Positions 24,746-37,211 of a stretch of DNA of 64,000 nucleotides are shown piece by piece. Every line of letters begins with the position of its first letter. The stretch's first letter is position 1. The notes below the pieces were generated by a model, which was given only the letters and a program-made list of their open reading frames with translations, made no database searches and was not told the origin of the DNA. The DNA lies in the NCBI GenBank assembly GCA_043228905.1, contig JBHGNT010000017.1, positions 12,710,001 through 12,774,000 on the forward strand, read 5' to 3'. The position numbers were made by a program, and so were the translations under genes. This DNA comes from Azolla caroliniana (taxonomy: Eukaryota; Plantae; Polypodiophyta).

Positions 24746-25326
24746 TACATGTAGCTAAGGACAAGATGGGGAAACTCGATCCCAAGAGCCGACAATGCAT
24801 ATTTCTCGGCGACGGCTATCGGCTATGGAACCTAACTGACAAGAAGGTTATCAAGAGCCGAGACATAGTTTTCATGGAAGATAAGACTATTGTGTACCGG
24901 GAGAAGGAGAAAACGGGTGAACCCTCTTGGCTAGTCGGAAGTCTATTACCGACTAAAGAACAAGGAGAGCCAACCGGATTCAAAAAGGGAGTAAGTTTGG
25001 TCGAAGACTAGTCGGGAGTCCGATTCGGACACGAAGTCGGATACGGAGCAGGATCGACCGGCCGGATCTAAAGAGGGAGTAGTCAAATCTGAATCTGACG
25101 ACGAACCAGCCGAAAGGAAAGAGGAAGGACAAGCATGGACCTTTAAGTAGAGCAGTTGGATGTCAAGACGATGTTCCTGGATGGTGATCTCGAAGAGGAG
25201 ATATATATGTAGCAACTGTAGGGATTCGTCCAAAATGGGAAGGAGAACCTAGTATACCGGTTGAAAAAGAGTCTTTTTGGACTGAAATAAGCACCCTGGC
25301 AATGGTAGAACACGACTTCCACAAGA
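24746..25326 (+). pseudogene. Heavily deleted copia integrase/RT remnant
   Basis: GKLDPKSRQCIFLG...VIKSRDIVFMED; QLDVKTMFLDGDLEEEIY-like; LKKSLFGLK.APWQW-like. Confidence 0.75.
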
Positions 25327-27163
25327 TGTTGGGAATTCGGTCCCTCCAGATGGGATCCAGATGAGAACCGGACGAGCCGGATCGAACGAGCTGCATGAAA
25401 GAAACAGATCCGGAAGGGTTCCGGATGACAACCGGAAACCGGATCAAGTGAATCCGAATGGATCCGGTGCAAAACGGATCCAAAGCCATATGTGTAAATA
25501 TGTTTCATGGTGAGCCCATCGAGGCTATATTTGTAAATAGCCCAAATGTCATATAAGTATAAATATGACTTAGGGATATTACTTTAGTAGAGTTCATAGA
25601 GTGTACACAAAGAGTGAATGAGAGAGAAAGAGAGACAAAGAACGAGTTTTTTGTTGTAACCGCCTGTTGGTGAAGACATAGAGCTTGAGGTCGTTGTCTC
25701 TAAGTCTCACATTGTATTACTCCCCTTATAGTGATAGCTGGAGTACATGGGCTTTTGTGGTTTTTCCCATTTAGGGTTTCCACGTAAACATTATGTGTCA
25801 TCTAGTTGTTAGTTTGGGTTTTCTTCCATTCGTTGTTTAAGACTCGGTTATGGCCGAGCGCTATTATCCACACAAACTGGTATCAGAGTGAACAAGGGAA
25901 TAAAGAATCATTCGTCGGCATGTTCAAGCTCACCAGCTCCAACTACCCAGTGTGGAAGTGGAAGATGAGGGCCATGCTCGTGGTCAAAGATCTCGGGTTG
26001 CCGATACAGTTCGAGGACAAGAAACCGGAAAAGATCGATGCCACGACATGGGAGGTGATGCATATGAAGACAATGGTGTACATCCGGTGCTTCATCAACA
26101 TGAGCCTATATAGCAACTTCAATGAAGAAAGTATAGCTCATATGCTCTGGGAGAAAATCGGCACTATGCGTGAGAGTAAAAACGTCGTAAATCGGGTTTC
26201 GTTATTCCAGAAGCCAGTGAGGCTCCAGTATCAGGACGGATCCAGCATGATAGATCACATAAATGCATTTCAAGGGCTCATAAATCAAACAACTTCGATT
26301 GAAGTACCTCTGGCTAACGAGGTACTTGCATTGCTCCTACTTGGTTCCCTCCCGAATAGTTGGGAGACACTAGTTGTCACTTAGGGCAACGCCGGGCCGG
26401 AAGGAAAGCAGTTGTCCCTAGCAAGGGTAAAATCAAGTTTAGTAGATGAAGAAGCTCGCCAAAAGGACCAGGAGTCCGGAACCGATCTGAAGGCCTTGGT
26501 CACGGAAGATGACCAAAACCGGAGAAGAGGCCGGTATCGGAGTCCCCAAAACTGGGACAAATCGGGGATGAGGTCGAAGTCAAGGGGGAGGCCTATTTGC
26601 TTCTATTGTGGGAAGCGGGGGCACTTGCAGAAGAACTGTCGGCATTTCCGCAAAGAGAAAGGGGTCGATACCACCGATTCGAAGAAGACTTCGGACTGGA
26701 GAGGTCTGGATCGGAAAGGAATGTCGGCGATCGTGACAAGTGAAGAAGAACTGATGCTCATTGCCGAGGAGAATGAGTTAAACCTTATCGGCGACGAGAC
26801 AACGTGGGTTGTCGATTCCGGAGCGTCGTTCCATTTGACACTGGACCGGAAATTCTTCTCATGCTACATAGCCGAAGATGAAGGTTGTGTCCAGATGGGG
26901 AATGAAGGTACATGCCGAATTGTCGGCATAAGAGATGTGTTGTTGACAACATCAACCAGATGCAAATTGCTGCTGAAAAAAGTCTGACACGTTCCGGAGG
27001 TTCGGTTGAACCTAATATCAGCCGGTCGGCTAGATGATAAAGGCTACACGGGTAGCATCCGAAACGGAGTCATGAAATTAAGCAAAGGAAGCCGGATCGT
27101 GGCTTGAGCCCGGAAGATCAACACATTGTACCTGATGCATGCCCGGATACGTCGGGAAAAAGT
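25327..27163 (+). mobile_element. Ty1/copia 5' part: LTR 25327-25874, tRNA-iMet PBS at 25878, gag-protease; truncated
   Basis: TGTTGGGAATTC start; TGGTATCAGAG; LLLGSLPNSWETLV; CFYCGKRGHLQKNC; WVVDSGASFHL. Same family as element F. Confidence 0.9.
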
Positions 27164-27459
27164 TGTCATGATATGACAAGACTCGAACCCATGACCTTAT
27201 GTTACATGGGTCACGCTCTTGACCATTAGACTATATGTTGCAATGCGAAGAATATTATTTTTATTTAAGTTTTACTATAGAAAATTGATGTATATTCCAG
27301 ATTTCTCTGGAACATTCTAGAAACTTATGGAGTACTCCTAAGAACACTATAAAACGAGGCACAAGGCATTATTTTGAACCAAATCGGTTCAACGCCAGTC
27401 TTAAGCCTCCTAGCTACTATTGTATATTCTCTTAACATAATATATATCTTTTGTTATCA

Positions 27460-27504
<45 letters not shown>

Positions 27505-27690
27505 TTCCTTCTCTCGAGAGTTCTACACCTCCCTTAGTACTAATCCTCATCTTTTAGTACTAATTTCTTCTCTTTCTTAGTATTGTTCCTGACAGTACTT
27601 CTCTGTCTTAATATTGTTCCTGATAGTTTGAACCGATTTGGTCTCCTTCCTTCTCTTCCTTTATCTTCTTACTTCTCCCTCCCTTCATAC
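27164..27690 (+). repeat. Putative LTR of an unidentified element (TG start, TATAAAA, CT microsatellite); right end uncertain
   Basis: Abruptly interrupts the copia coding sequence at TGTCATGA and has LTR-like composition. Confidence 0.4.
27169..27240 (-). ncRNA. tRNA-like Pol III cassette
   Basis: Minus strand TAGTCTAATGGT (27233-27222) and GGTTCGAGTCT (27189-27179) at tRNA-like spacing. Confidence 0.5.
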
Positions 27691-27889
27691 TAATCTCTTA
27701 TTCCTCTTTTCTCTCATATTATGGCCACTTTTAGCGCTCAAGAATATCAATCCGGTTTTCTGGAGTTGCAATGCTTGAAAGAGAAGTTTCTCGCATTGGA
27801 ACAAGAAATCAATGACTGTTGGGTGAGCTTCAACAACTTGTTGGCATAAAAGGCTAACTCCTTCCAAATTGTATCCATCTGGGTGTGAA

Positions 27890-28935
27890 CTCGTTAATAA
27901 GTTAGGGCTTAGTATATAAGTGAATACCTAACATTGTAATGAGTGATGACGAGCAGAGTATTGTATATCTGAGAAAGAACGAGGTAATAAGAAGCTTTCC
28001 ATTAAAGCACCATCTATGTAAGTCTCCACGCCTATTCTATTTTCTGTATGTGTTGTTTGTTGTCCAGTACCGACTACAGATCCATACATGTTTTCGCACA
28101 TGGCACTCACCCACAACTGGTATTAGAGCCAACTCTTTACCATTCGGCGGCAACAGAGAACAGAAGAAGCTGAAAGAAAAGACAAGATCAAAAATCTCAA
28201 GTTCACAAACAGAATATGGTTTCAACATCCAGAACAGGAGTTGAAATCAAAAAATTCGACGGCAAAAACTTTGCCTTATGGAAGGAAATGATGCAAGATG
28301 TGTTGATCATTCGAAGACAGGTTGAAGCCATTCGGCACAGTGAAAAACCTTCTTCAATGAAAACCGAGGAGTGGAGATCAACGAACGAAATCGCAGGCTC
28401 CACCATCCGAATGCATCTGGTCGAAAACGTCTATTTCAGCATGGCGAAAAAGACGACATCATTCTCATTGTGGGAGAAGCTACAAGCCATCTATGAGAAG
28501 AAGTCCTGATCTTCGAAACTGATATTGATCAAAACAATTGTTCAACATGAAGATGAAAGAGACTGATCCAACAACCTCCCTCATCAACACCTTCAGTTGG
28601 GTGTTGTCAGAGCTCTTCGTCACAAGGGATCAACTTCGAAGAAGAAGTGATAGCCCTTGCCATCCTATCGAGCTGGGAGGTATTCTGTACGACTTACGCC
28701 AATAGCCGACCGATCCTAAATCTGGACGAAACAACTGGCCAAGTCCTCGTAGAGGACATCAGGCGAAAATCGATGGGACTAACCATCGATGAGTTGGCAG
28801 AAGCCCATCACTCGGCCGAGTCATTCGACCAATCGAGTCGAACCAAAGAACAAGCTGACAAAACCAGTCCACGCTATAGCCGATCGAAAACAAGGGGTGA
28901 CCGATAGCGATCGAAGTCAAGAACAGGTCGAACAC
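27890..28935 (+). mobile_element. Ty1/copia fragment: LTR end (28115), PBS TGGTATTAGAGCC (28118), degenerate gag
   Basis: EIKKFDGKNFALWKEMMQDVL...LWEKLQAIYE is a typical copia Gag N-terminus. Confidence 0.8.
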
Positions 28936-28944
28936 GATATGAAA

Positions 28945-30031
28945 ACTATGTAAAAAAATAATGAAATAATTATTTTAGATTAGATTAGTAGCTTGTTATA
29001 GAAAGATGGATGTACTCAAGAGCTTTACAACGCATTTCACTACATACAAAATGGAAGTTATGAGAACATGAAGTTTGAGAAGATAGGGAAAATAAAACTA
29101 TGATTTATCCCACATAGATAGGAAACTTAAGGCCCTGGCTATATAAGCACATTGAGATCCCTCATTTTTCTTTTGTGCTAAGAGCACTTTGGCCACTTTG
29201 TTTAGATGGATGAATCTGGCCAAGTTACCAAAAAACCAAATTGGAACCGGCCGGAAAGCAAACCGGAACCCGTCGGTAAGCAATCCGGAACCCGCCGGTA
29301 AGAAAACAGGAACCAGTTGGTAAGCAAAACCAGAACCGGCGGCGGAGCTGGTGAGGCGGCACCAATCGGCGACCGAACGAAACCGGTGACTGGACGAGGC
29401 TGGACGCAAACCGAACGAATAACAAGATCATGTGGCTAATTAAAGTGAAGTGAAGAAAACTAAAGTAAAGGTCATGTGGACGGTCGCATACAACTAAAAG
29501 AAAAAGCCATGCAACTAAAAGAAAAAGTTATGCAACTAAAAGTAGAGGCCATGCAACAAAAAGTGGAAAGGCTATGATCAATAGAGAACTCCATATATAT
29601 TCCATTTTTTTTCCTACACTCATTCTCTCTCCATTTTTTATTTTTCTTTTCCTTCTTAGCTCCCTTATATTATCTAAAATAGAACTCTCATAAACCCTAA
29701 TTTCCTTACGGAAGCCATTAACCCTAAATTTCCTTACGGAAGCCAAAAACCCTAAATTTCCTTACGGAAGCCATAAACCCCAAATTTCCTTACGGAAGCC
29801 ATATCTCTCAAAACCTCTAATTTTTCTTTTCTATTAATCTTAGTAAACCTAAATCTTCTAAATCCCAATCTTGGGACATATTGTAATTTCTTTTCCTTTG
29901 TTAATGAAAATTATTAAAATTTCTCCTTTATCTTAATTCTTAAAAGTATAAACGCACGAATTTGATATCCTCCGGTCGGAGGCCCCGGGATCTGCCTCAA
30001 GTTCACGTATCCTCGTCATAATTTCACGACA
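28945..30031 (+). repeat. Long LTR (TGTCG...CGACA type), first ~20 nt missing
   Basis: Reverse-complement homologue of 57906-59290. Ends TTCACGACA, followed by GCGG. Confidence 0.8.
29692..29800 (+). repeat. ~28-bp tandem repeat x4 with telo-box AAACCCTAA and a TTCC-TTAC-GGAA mini-hairpin
   Basis: AAACCCTAA(A)TTTCCTTACGGAAGCC units are directly visible. Confidence 0.85.
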
Positions 30032-33000
30032 GCGGTCTTCTGAAACTTCTCTCCCCCTTCCGTGGTCATTCGGGACGTCTCTCCCCCTCAAGTTCGGCAC
30101 GTCAAGGTGACGCAACCCAAGCGCACCGGATAATTGCCTCAACTTGTCCAGACCAAGAGGCTTGATGAAGACTTACAGTATGTATGCCTTCGGGGGTGCG
30201 GATCACTTCGATCCCGAGGAAGTAATGAAGGTCCCCGAGATCCTTCATGTCGAATGATGCCGCAAGCTGGAGCTTCACGTAGTCAATCTCACCTAGGTCT
30301 GCGCAGGTGATGACCAAGTCATCAATATAGAGTAAAATGCTAACCGGGCCGAGTCAACCTTTCTAGATGAATAGTGAGGAGTTAGATTTTGACGTTGCAA
30401 AGCCCATCCAACGCAATCGTTGCGTGATCTTCACGTTCCAGGCACGGGGGGCTTGCTTTAGTCTGTAAAGGGACTTCTTCGTTCTAGAGTGAAATCCAGG
30501 GGGTTGTACCATGTACACCTGTTCCTCAAGCGCACCTTATAGGAACGCATTCTTTACATCCATCTAATGCAAGTGCCACCCCTTCGCCATAGCTACTGCC
30601 AGTAGAACACGCACGGTAGTCATCTTCGCAACAGGCTCAAAGGTCTCGTCGTAGTTCACGTCGTGCTTCTTCTGCACGTAGCCTTCGCTACTAATTGGCC
30701 CTTGTATCGCTTGACCGAGCCGTCGGTGTTGTACTTGACCTTGTACACCCACCTACATCCAATCGGCTTCACACCTTTCGGTGCGTCAACCAAGTTCCAG
30801 GTTGCATTTTTCGCCAATGTGCGCATTTCTTCCTCCATTGCGGCACGCCAATTCGCATCCTTCGCCGCATCTACGTAGCTCTCGAGCTCACACACTTCCG
30901 CTATACGGGTCATGTACGCATAGTGATGCGCCATGTACTCATTGTATCCGAACTGCACAACAGGGTTTTCCAGGCGGGTAGATCGGCATTATTGCTCATT
31001 AGCCGATGTTGAGGCTTCCTTGGCCGACGCGGACTTCACTCTTGAAGACCCAACGTTGCTCTTCTCGAAGTCGGATTCGCGTCGATCCGACTCGTCCTTA
31101 TCCATGTCGTACTCCGGCATGTTCTACTTCCCTTTTACCTTGTGCGTAAGCCGTCTCCTCGGCTTCCTGCGCGGCGAATGCACGACCGAGTCTCCATTAC
31201 TCACCGGCTCTTCTTCGGACTTGTCAAACTGACTCAGTCATCCATTCGGTCCATGTAACCAAAGCGAGATCGGACTTGCTTCGAGGGTCCCGATTTCACC
31301 CTCATTCAAAGGCACTTCAGCCTCGCTGACCTCATCGTTCAGAACTCGGATTGGAGTTGAGATCCGAACTCGGAGGCAAGTAGCAGGACGCAGACTCGTC
31401 GAACACAATGTCACGACTCACGCGAGCTTCTTTGGTTCGGGGGTTATAGCACTTATAACCCTTCTGCTCATCCGAATAGCCGACTAAGATACACTTCTCA
31501 ATTTCCGTGTCCAACTTCCTCCGTTTCTCCTTCGGCACATGCACATACGCAATGCTACCGAAAACTCTCAAGTGTTGTAAATTTGGCTTCCTTCCGAAAT
31601 ACAGCTCATGCACCGACACTTTGTCTCCGATCCAATTTTAGATGTAGACTGCGGTTGACGCTTCGGCCCAATAGAACTTGGGCAAGCTCTTTTCTTCCAG
31701 CATTGCCCGTGTTGCTTCCACAATCGACCGATTCTTCCTTTCGGCCACGCCGTTCTGTTCCGGCGTATATTTGCAACTGAATTCGTGCCGAATTCCCATC
31801 TATAGCAGGTACCTGTTGAATTGACTGGAAAAGTACTCTTTTCCGCCATCCAACCACAGGCACTTGATCTTTCTTCCTGTTTCCCTTTCAATGAAACTCT
31901 TGAGGTCCCGAAAATAGTCGAAGACTTCACTCTTCTTCTTAATGAGGTAGATCCATGTGTGCCGCATATAGTCGTCGATGAAGGAGACGAAATATCGACA
32001 ACCGCCAAGACTAAGGTTTTGTATTGGCCCCATACATCGGAATGTATCAAGTCGAGCTTGTTCCGGCTCTAGTTACGCTTGTTAGGGAAAGGAAGTCGGT
32101 GTTGCTTCCCAAGCTGGTAGGCTTCACAAATTTGTGCCTTCCGCCCACTAAATTTGGGCAATCCAAACACCACATGTTTCGATTGCAGGTCTTGAAGCCG
32201 TTAATAGTTGAAGTGGCCTATCTTCTTGTGCCATAAGTCAATATCCGACTTGACTTTTTGTCCATTTGCGAGCATTGCGGTTCCACCGTCACTAGAATCG
32301 AGGATAAACATCCTCTCGTCTCTACGCCCTTGCGCAATAACTCGGCCTTCTTCCTCGATGAAGCACCCAAGATCCATGAACCGGACTTGCATCCCTTGGT
32401 CGACGATCTGCCCGACCGACAGTAGATTCTTTGTGATTGTCAGGATGTGTAACACGTTCATGAGTTTCGCTTTTTACCCGACATGGCTCAGGGGAACTTC
32501 ATCGACATTCGTGAGCAGATGCGGAGTGTCGTCTCCGGTTGTGACTACTCCTAGTTGCATCGGTTTCTCAAGGTATGAGAACCACTCCTTGTGGCACGTC
32601 ATGTGGTTTGACGCGTCTGAGTCGATGTACCACACCTCGTCCGATTTCGGGGTGGACTTCTTCATCGAGTTTGCTTCGTGTCTCGTCACGAAGGTTGACC
32701 CTTTTCCGGCTTTTCCGGATCCTTCGGCGTAGTGCGATCACTGCCGATTACCCTTGTCGGTTTGTCCGGAACCGGTCCTCTCCGAATCGGCGTGCTTCTT
32801 CCAACACTCGATCTCCTTGTGGCCCTTCTTGCCACAGTAGCAGCATTCTGCGGCGGATTTCCCTTGTCGGTTCTCGTCGCCTCGACTCCCCCTATTTCTG
32901 GAGGGTCCGGAATTGCTGTCGGCATCACTTCAGTGCCTTCTTCCTTGATCCCGTCGGCCGCTTCCATTGCGTACCGACTCGCCTCGTCCACCACAACCAC

Positions 33001-34264
33001 GGGGCCTATCTCCTTCTGTGTACAACATCTTGATGTTAGGATGTGTGCTCGTCGACACACCCGCGTGGTTCTCCTCTATAAGGAGCATCAACTGTAGGTC
33101 GAAAAACGACGACGTGTTCTCCCGTGTGCACACAGCAGTTCAGAACGCTCCGAACTTCGACGCCAATCCCCCGAGGCAGATCTCCACCATCTCGCCTTCC
33201 TCAACGTTCACATCGATGGAGGCTAAGGAGTCGCATATAACTTTGATCTTCGAGGTGTAATCAACCACCGACAAGTCGCGTTGTCGTAAGTTGCTCAACT
33301 CCTATCGTAAGTTGCTCAACTCTTGTCGGAGTTGAAGCTTTCTGGCTGTGATGCTTGCGGAGAAAATCCTTTCCAGATTTCCTCAAGCATCCTTCAACGT
33401 TCTTGCTTCCCGAATATAGCTCAGAAGTTGTTCGCCCACACAAGAGTTGAAGCTTTCTAGCTGTGATGCTTGCAGAGAAAATCCTTTCCAGATTTCCTCA
33501 AGCATCCTTCAACGTTCTCGCATCCCGAATATAGCTTAGAAGTTGTTCGCCCACACAAGACGTGAAGCAGTAGAGAACTTTGCTTGCTGACTGTTCCCAA
33601 GCCGGGAAGTCTTTGTGTGTCGAATTAAGTGTTGTGTCATTTGCTCCATCGACATAGCTCCAATAACTGTGCCCGAGCAAGTACTGGTGCATCTTGTAAG
33701 ACCAAGACGCGTAGTTGTTTCTGTCGAGCTTCTCTGTTGGAAGCGAGCTAGCCATGCCTCTATCCATTTTGTTTTTCCTGTTCTTTACGAAGGTTAGGTT
33801 TTCTTCTTTGAGCTAAGGTCGGCTGCAGAGGTTCTCAACCCATGCGCTCTGATACCATGTAGAAAAAATAGCATGTGGAGACAATAGGAAACTGAACATA
33901 GAAACACAGGTTTTAATGGAGAGCTTGAATATACATAGTACGCGGGAGAGACAAACAGAGAGAATGCACAAAAAATTCTATTCAAAAATAATACTTAGTT
34001 TGTACATAGGATGTGCTCAGTGAGCACTTTTATACAATTCCATACGGACTGATAGAAGTACTTCAATGCTCATAACTGAGCTCTACACTTACTCCCAAAA
34101 TATATTCCTACGCGGAATATCTTTCCAACGGCCTCTCGTTGCATACTGGTTTGCGTAACAGTTTACGCACCCGGTTTACGCACCAATCCGGCCTAACCGA
34201 TCGACCCCAAGCGGGTCTCGGCTTGTACAGCCGATCCGGCCAATGTTGAGCTTGTATCTCAACA
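30032..34264 (-). mobile_element. Element H: Ty1/copia (5' LTR 34264-33858, iMet PBS 33857-33846, degenerate gag-PR-IN-RT, purine tract ~30080), inserted into element F
   Basis: EKLDRNNYASWSYKM; WYIDSDASNHMT; YFVSFIDDY; KPIGCRWVYKVKY; FDMKDLGDLHYFLGIEV. Confidence 0.9.
33331..33560. repeat. ~115-bp tandem duplication within copia gag
   Basis: GTTGAAGCTTTCT...CGCCCACACAAGA occurs twice in tandem. Confidence 0.85.
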
Positions 34265-35049
34265 TGTCCGCATCAGCCAACATATCCGACTCAGTGAATC
34301 CGTCAAGTTGGGGTTTACCAGAGCCAAACTGGAGGCACATACTCGAGGTGCCTTTCATATACCGGAGTATCCACTTGACCGCATTGTCGTGAAGAAAACC
34401 GTCCACAAGCGGAATCGGTGCACCGGAGCGTAGGAACCGGCTCTTCATGCACGTGCGCCTTATGTTGTGCATAGGAGATCCTAGGCAGGCAGATTCGGTA
34501 GGTAGGAAGTAAAGGGGAAACAGCTCCTTCCTTGCCTATAAAAGGAGGGAGACGAGGAGGGGCGAAGGGATCGCGGAGAGTCGAGGACGAAGTGCTGTCA
34601 GTTTGTGTGCGAAGGCTTCTCTCTCTCTCTGGTTCGCAAACTCCATAGCTTCCTTCTATGTAGGTTTCGGGAGGCTCGCGCTGCTCTAAGGAATGCCCGA
34701 GTGCTTCCGGCAGCACCTCCAACCTACTTCTTCCTTTCTGTGTGTTTACGAACAGGTATCAGCATCTGTTCGCCGGCCTGTTCGGTTGTAACCGACTTCG
34801 TGTTTTGTTGTTTGTCTTTGTTAATACACACATACATTCATGTCTCTCTGTGTTGCTGTCCCACTCGCTTCTTTGTGTCGAAGGGCCGTGTCCCTGTGAA
34901 TCTACTCTCGCACGTAGTGGGTCTCTTCTCCTCTCTCTCTTGCTCTTCGGTGCAGGACCCCCGAGGTCCCGCCTCATTCCACGCATCCACGAGGAATACC
35001 TCGACATCTTGGTGAACCCGACGTGAAAGAGGCGGCAGAAGAGCAGAAG

Positions 35050-37154
35050 ATGAAAGGGTCGGATCTTGCGGAGGCCATCGCTTCGGCCGTGGATCGGATA
35101 CTGAGCGCACGCGAGGGCTCCGACGCCCTCGACAGAGCCATTGAGGCGGTCGTCGGTACGATCGGCCGGTTCAGCGGAAAGGATGCCACGAAGTATTTGG
35201 CGTCCTACGGGGCGGAAATGCTGATGCGGGACATTCCGGAAGAGAGGCGTCTTGCCGGGTTTCCTCGAGTGGCGATGCCGAGCATCCATGCGGAGGTGCT
35301 CGAGGTGCAGACGGAGAGACGTACCTGGGAGGAGTTCGAAGGCCGACTCCTAGAAAAATACAGGCTGGACGACGCACTCCAGCTTTCGAAATGGGACTTC
35401 ATGGAATGGGTGGAGTCCCCCGGCAAGGGAAGAAACGCGACGGCACTCCTCCGGGAGTTCGAAGAACGCTTTGCGCGCCTTTCGGCGCTTGACCGAACCG
35501 TTCTGGATACGAGCCGAGTCCTACTGTTCGTCAAGTCGGTGGACGAGCGGGACCGGGACCAAGTCGGCTCCTTGTTGGAAACCGAGGACGGGCTGACAAC
35601 CGACTGGGCTGCGGTTAAGAGAGTCTGTGGCCGTTTCGATAAACGGCGAGAATGGGCTGACAACGGGGCGGCCGGTCCGGGCTCTGTCACATCAAGGAGG
35701 CTTGAACCGGCACCGCAAGTGCGAAGGGAAGAAACCCGGGAATGGCTCGAAACCGGTCCGGCTTCGACCGGCATGGTCAATGGCTCGTCCGGAGGAGCAA
35801 CGCTGGAGGAGTTGACGCGGGCGATAAAGGATCTCCAGATCGCCCAGACTCGAAGGGAAGGCGGCGAGCTGGCTCGTGACCGACGGCCGGCAACGGGGAA
35901 CAGGCGCATGTGGTGCGACGAGGTTGGCCACATTCGGAAGGACTACGGCGATTTTGCAGAGGCGTTGAGGAACCGGGTGGTGTACCTGTGGGAAGGCCGG
36001 GTGCACGCCGGCGACACCAGGAGGGCCCTGAACCGAAACGACGGGCGAGGAGGAATGAAAAGACTGATGGAAGAGGCAGCGGCCCGACACGTGGAGGCCA
36101 TCCACTACTCGGCATCGGCTGGCATTCGGGTCAGGGGCAGCGAGGCCCGAAAGGAGGGCAAAGACGGATTTTGGTCGGCAATGCTGGAAGGTCTTGCCGG
36201 CGCACGGCTAAAGAAAGATGAAACGGACCGCGCTGAGAGACGGGTCCGGGAAATAACCGGCTGGAGCGATCCAGTTGAGGAGAAGACGGGCTTTGTAGAA
36301 GCCGCCTGCCGGAACTACGAGGCTCTGGTTGAAGACAAACGGGTGGGGAAAGCCGGATTCGGGCAATGACGGTACGAGACCCGATTCGGGCAATGACGGA
36401 ACGATGCCGGTGGGTCCAGCCCGCAAGATAACCCCAGGAAGGGCGGATACCGACTGGGGACGGAAATAGAAAGGACTACGGACCTACGAAAGGTCCTAGA
36501 AGAACGGATCCTCGACAGCAAAGTGGAGCTGTCATTGCGAGAGGTGCTAGGGATCGCCAAGAAGGAGTTCCACAACTCCATTGTGGACCTGGTGAAACGG
36601 AAGAGGCTGTCGACGGAGACGGAACCGGAAAGACCGATGGAGGTGCGGACGACGCACATCGACGACATGGCGATGGAAGACGAGTGGGCGGAGAGCCACT
36701 ATTCGAGGCCACACTGGGCCCGAGCGACCACGGAGACCCCGGTAAAGATCGGAGATGTTCAGGAACCGGTGGTGGCATTGGTGGACCACGGTTCGGAAAT
36801 AAACCTGATGTCCATGGACTTCTATAAGAAGGGGAAGTGGCCGATCAACACCAAGCACGGGTGGAAGATACGGGCGGCGACGCGCGCCACCGAGGAACTG
36901 CATGGGGCCTGCCCGAACGTGCGAGTCAAGATCGGCGACGTCGAGATTGACCAGCACTTCTTCGTACAGGAGACGTCCTCGCACCCGGTCATATTACGGC
37001 GGCGCGAATGGAGACCAAGGTGCTCGACAATGGTTTGGCCTACGCGAGGGTCAAAAGCCAGGACGGGTGCCATTCGGTGCAATTTCTGACGGTGTGGCCG
37101 AACCACGAGAGAAACCGCGAATCCCTCGGTGGCGAGAACCGGGAGGATTTTTAG
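35050..37154 (+). pseudogene. gag: gag-protease ORF of D (in-frame TGAs at 36367 and 36394, 16-nt deletion near 36993); natural end ...REDF-TAG
   Basis: ORFs 35023-36369 and 36523-37089 share a frame. LVDHGSEINLMS protease motif. Aligns to element C. Confidence 0.9.
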
Positions 37155-37211
37155 AGAGGGCTGCCAAGGCGTGGGGCCGAGACAGCCCGGACACTCGGAA
37201 AGGACCCCACG
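37145..37211 (+). promoter_or_regulatory. Putative -1 frameshift site G_GAT_TTT_TAG followed by an H-type pseudoknot
   Basis: Stem 1 GGGCTGCC 37158-37165 / GACAGCCC 37181-37188; stem 2 CGTGGGG 37170-37176 / CCCCACG 37205-37211. pol is in the -1 frame. Confidence 0.75.

Noticed and set aside
27721-27849. Short ORF MATFSAQEYQSG... as the start of a gag
   Set aside because: Only 42 codons, with no PBS or diagnostic motif; cannot be supported.
29692-29800. Regularly spaced hairpin-containing repeats resembling a CRISPR array
   Set aside because: Units are head-to-tail without unique spacers, lie inside an LTR, and there are no cas genes. The same applies to the 54-bp (17036) and 38-bp (50390) arrays.
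36902-37144. N-terminal extension of the 1226-aa pol ORF
   Set aside because: An off-frame reading of protease made possible by a 16-nt deletion. The real entry point is probably the slippery site at 37145.
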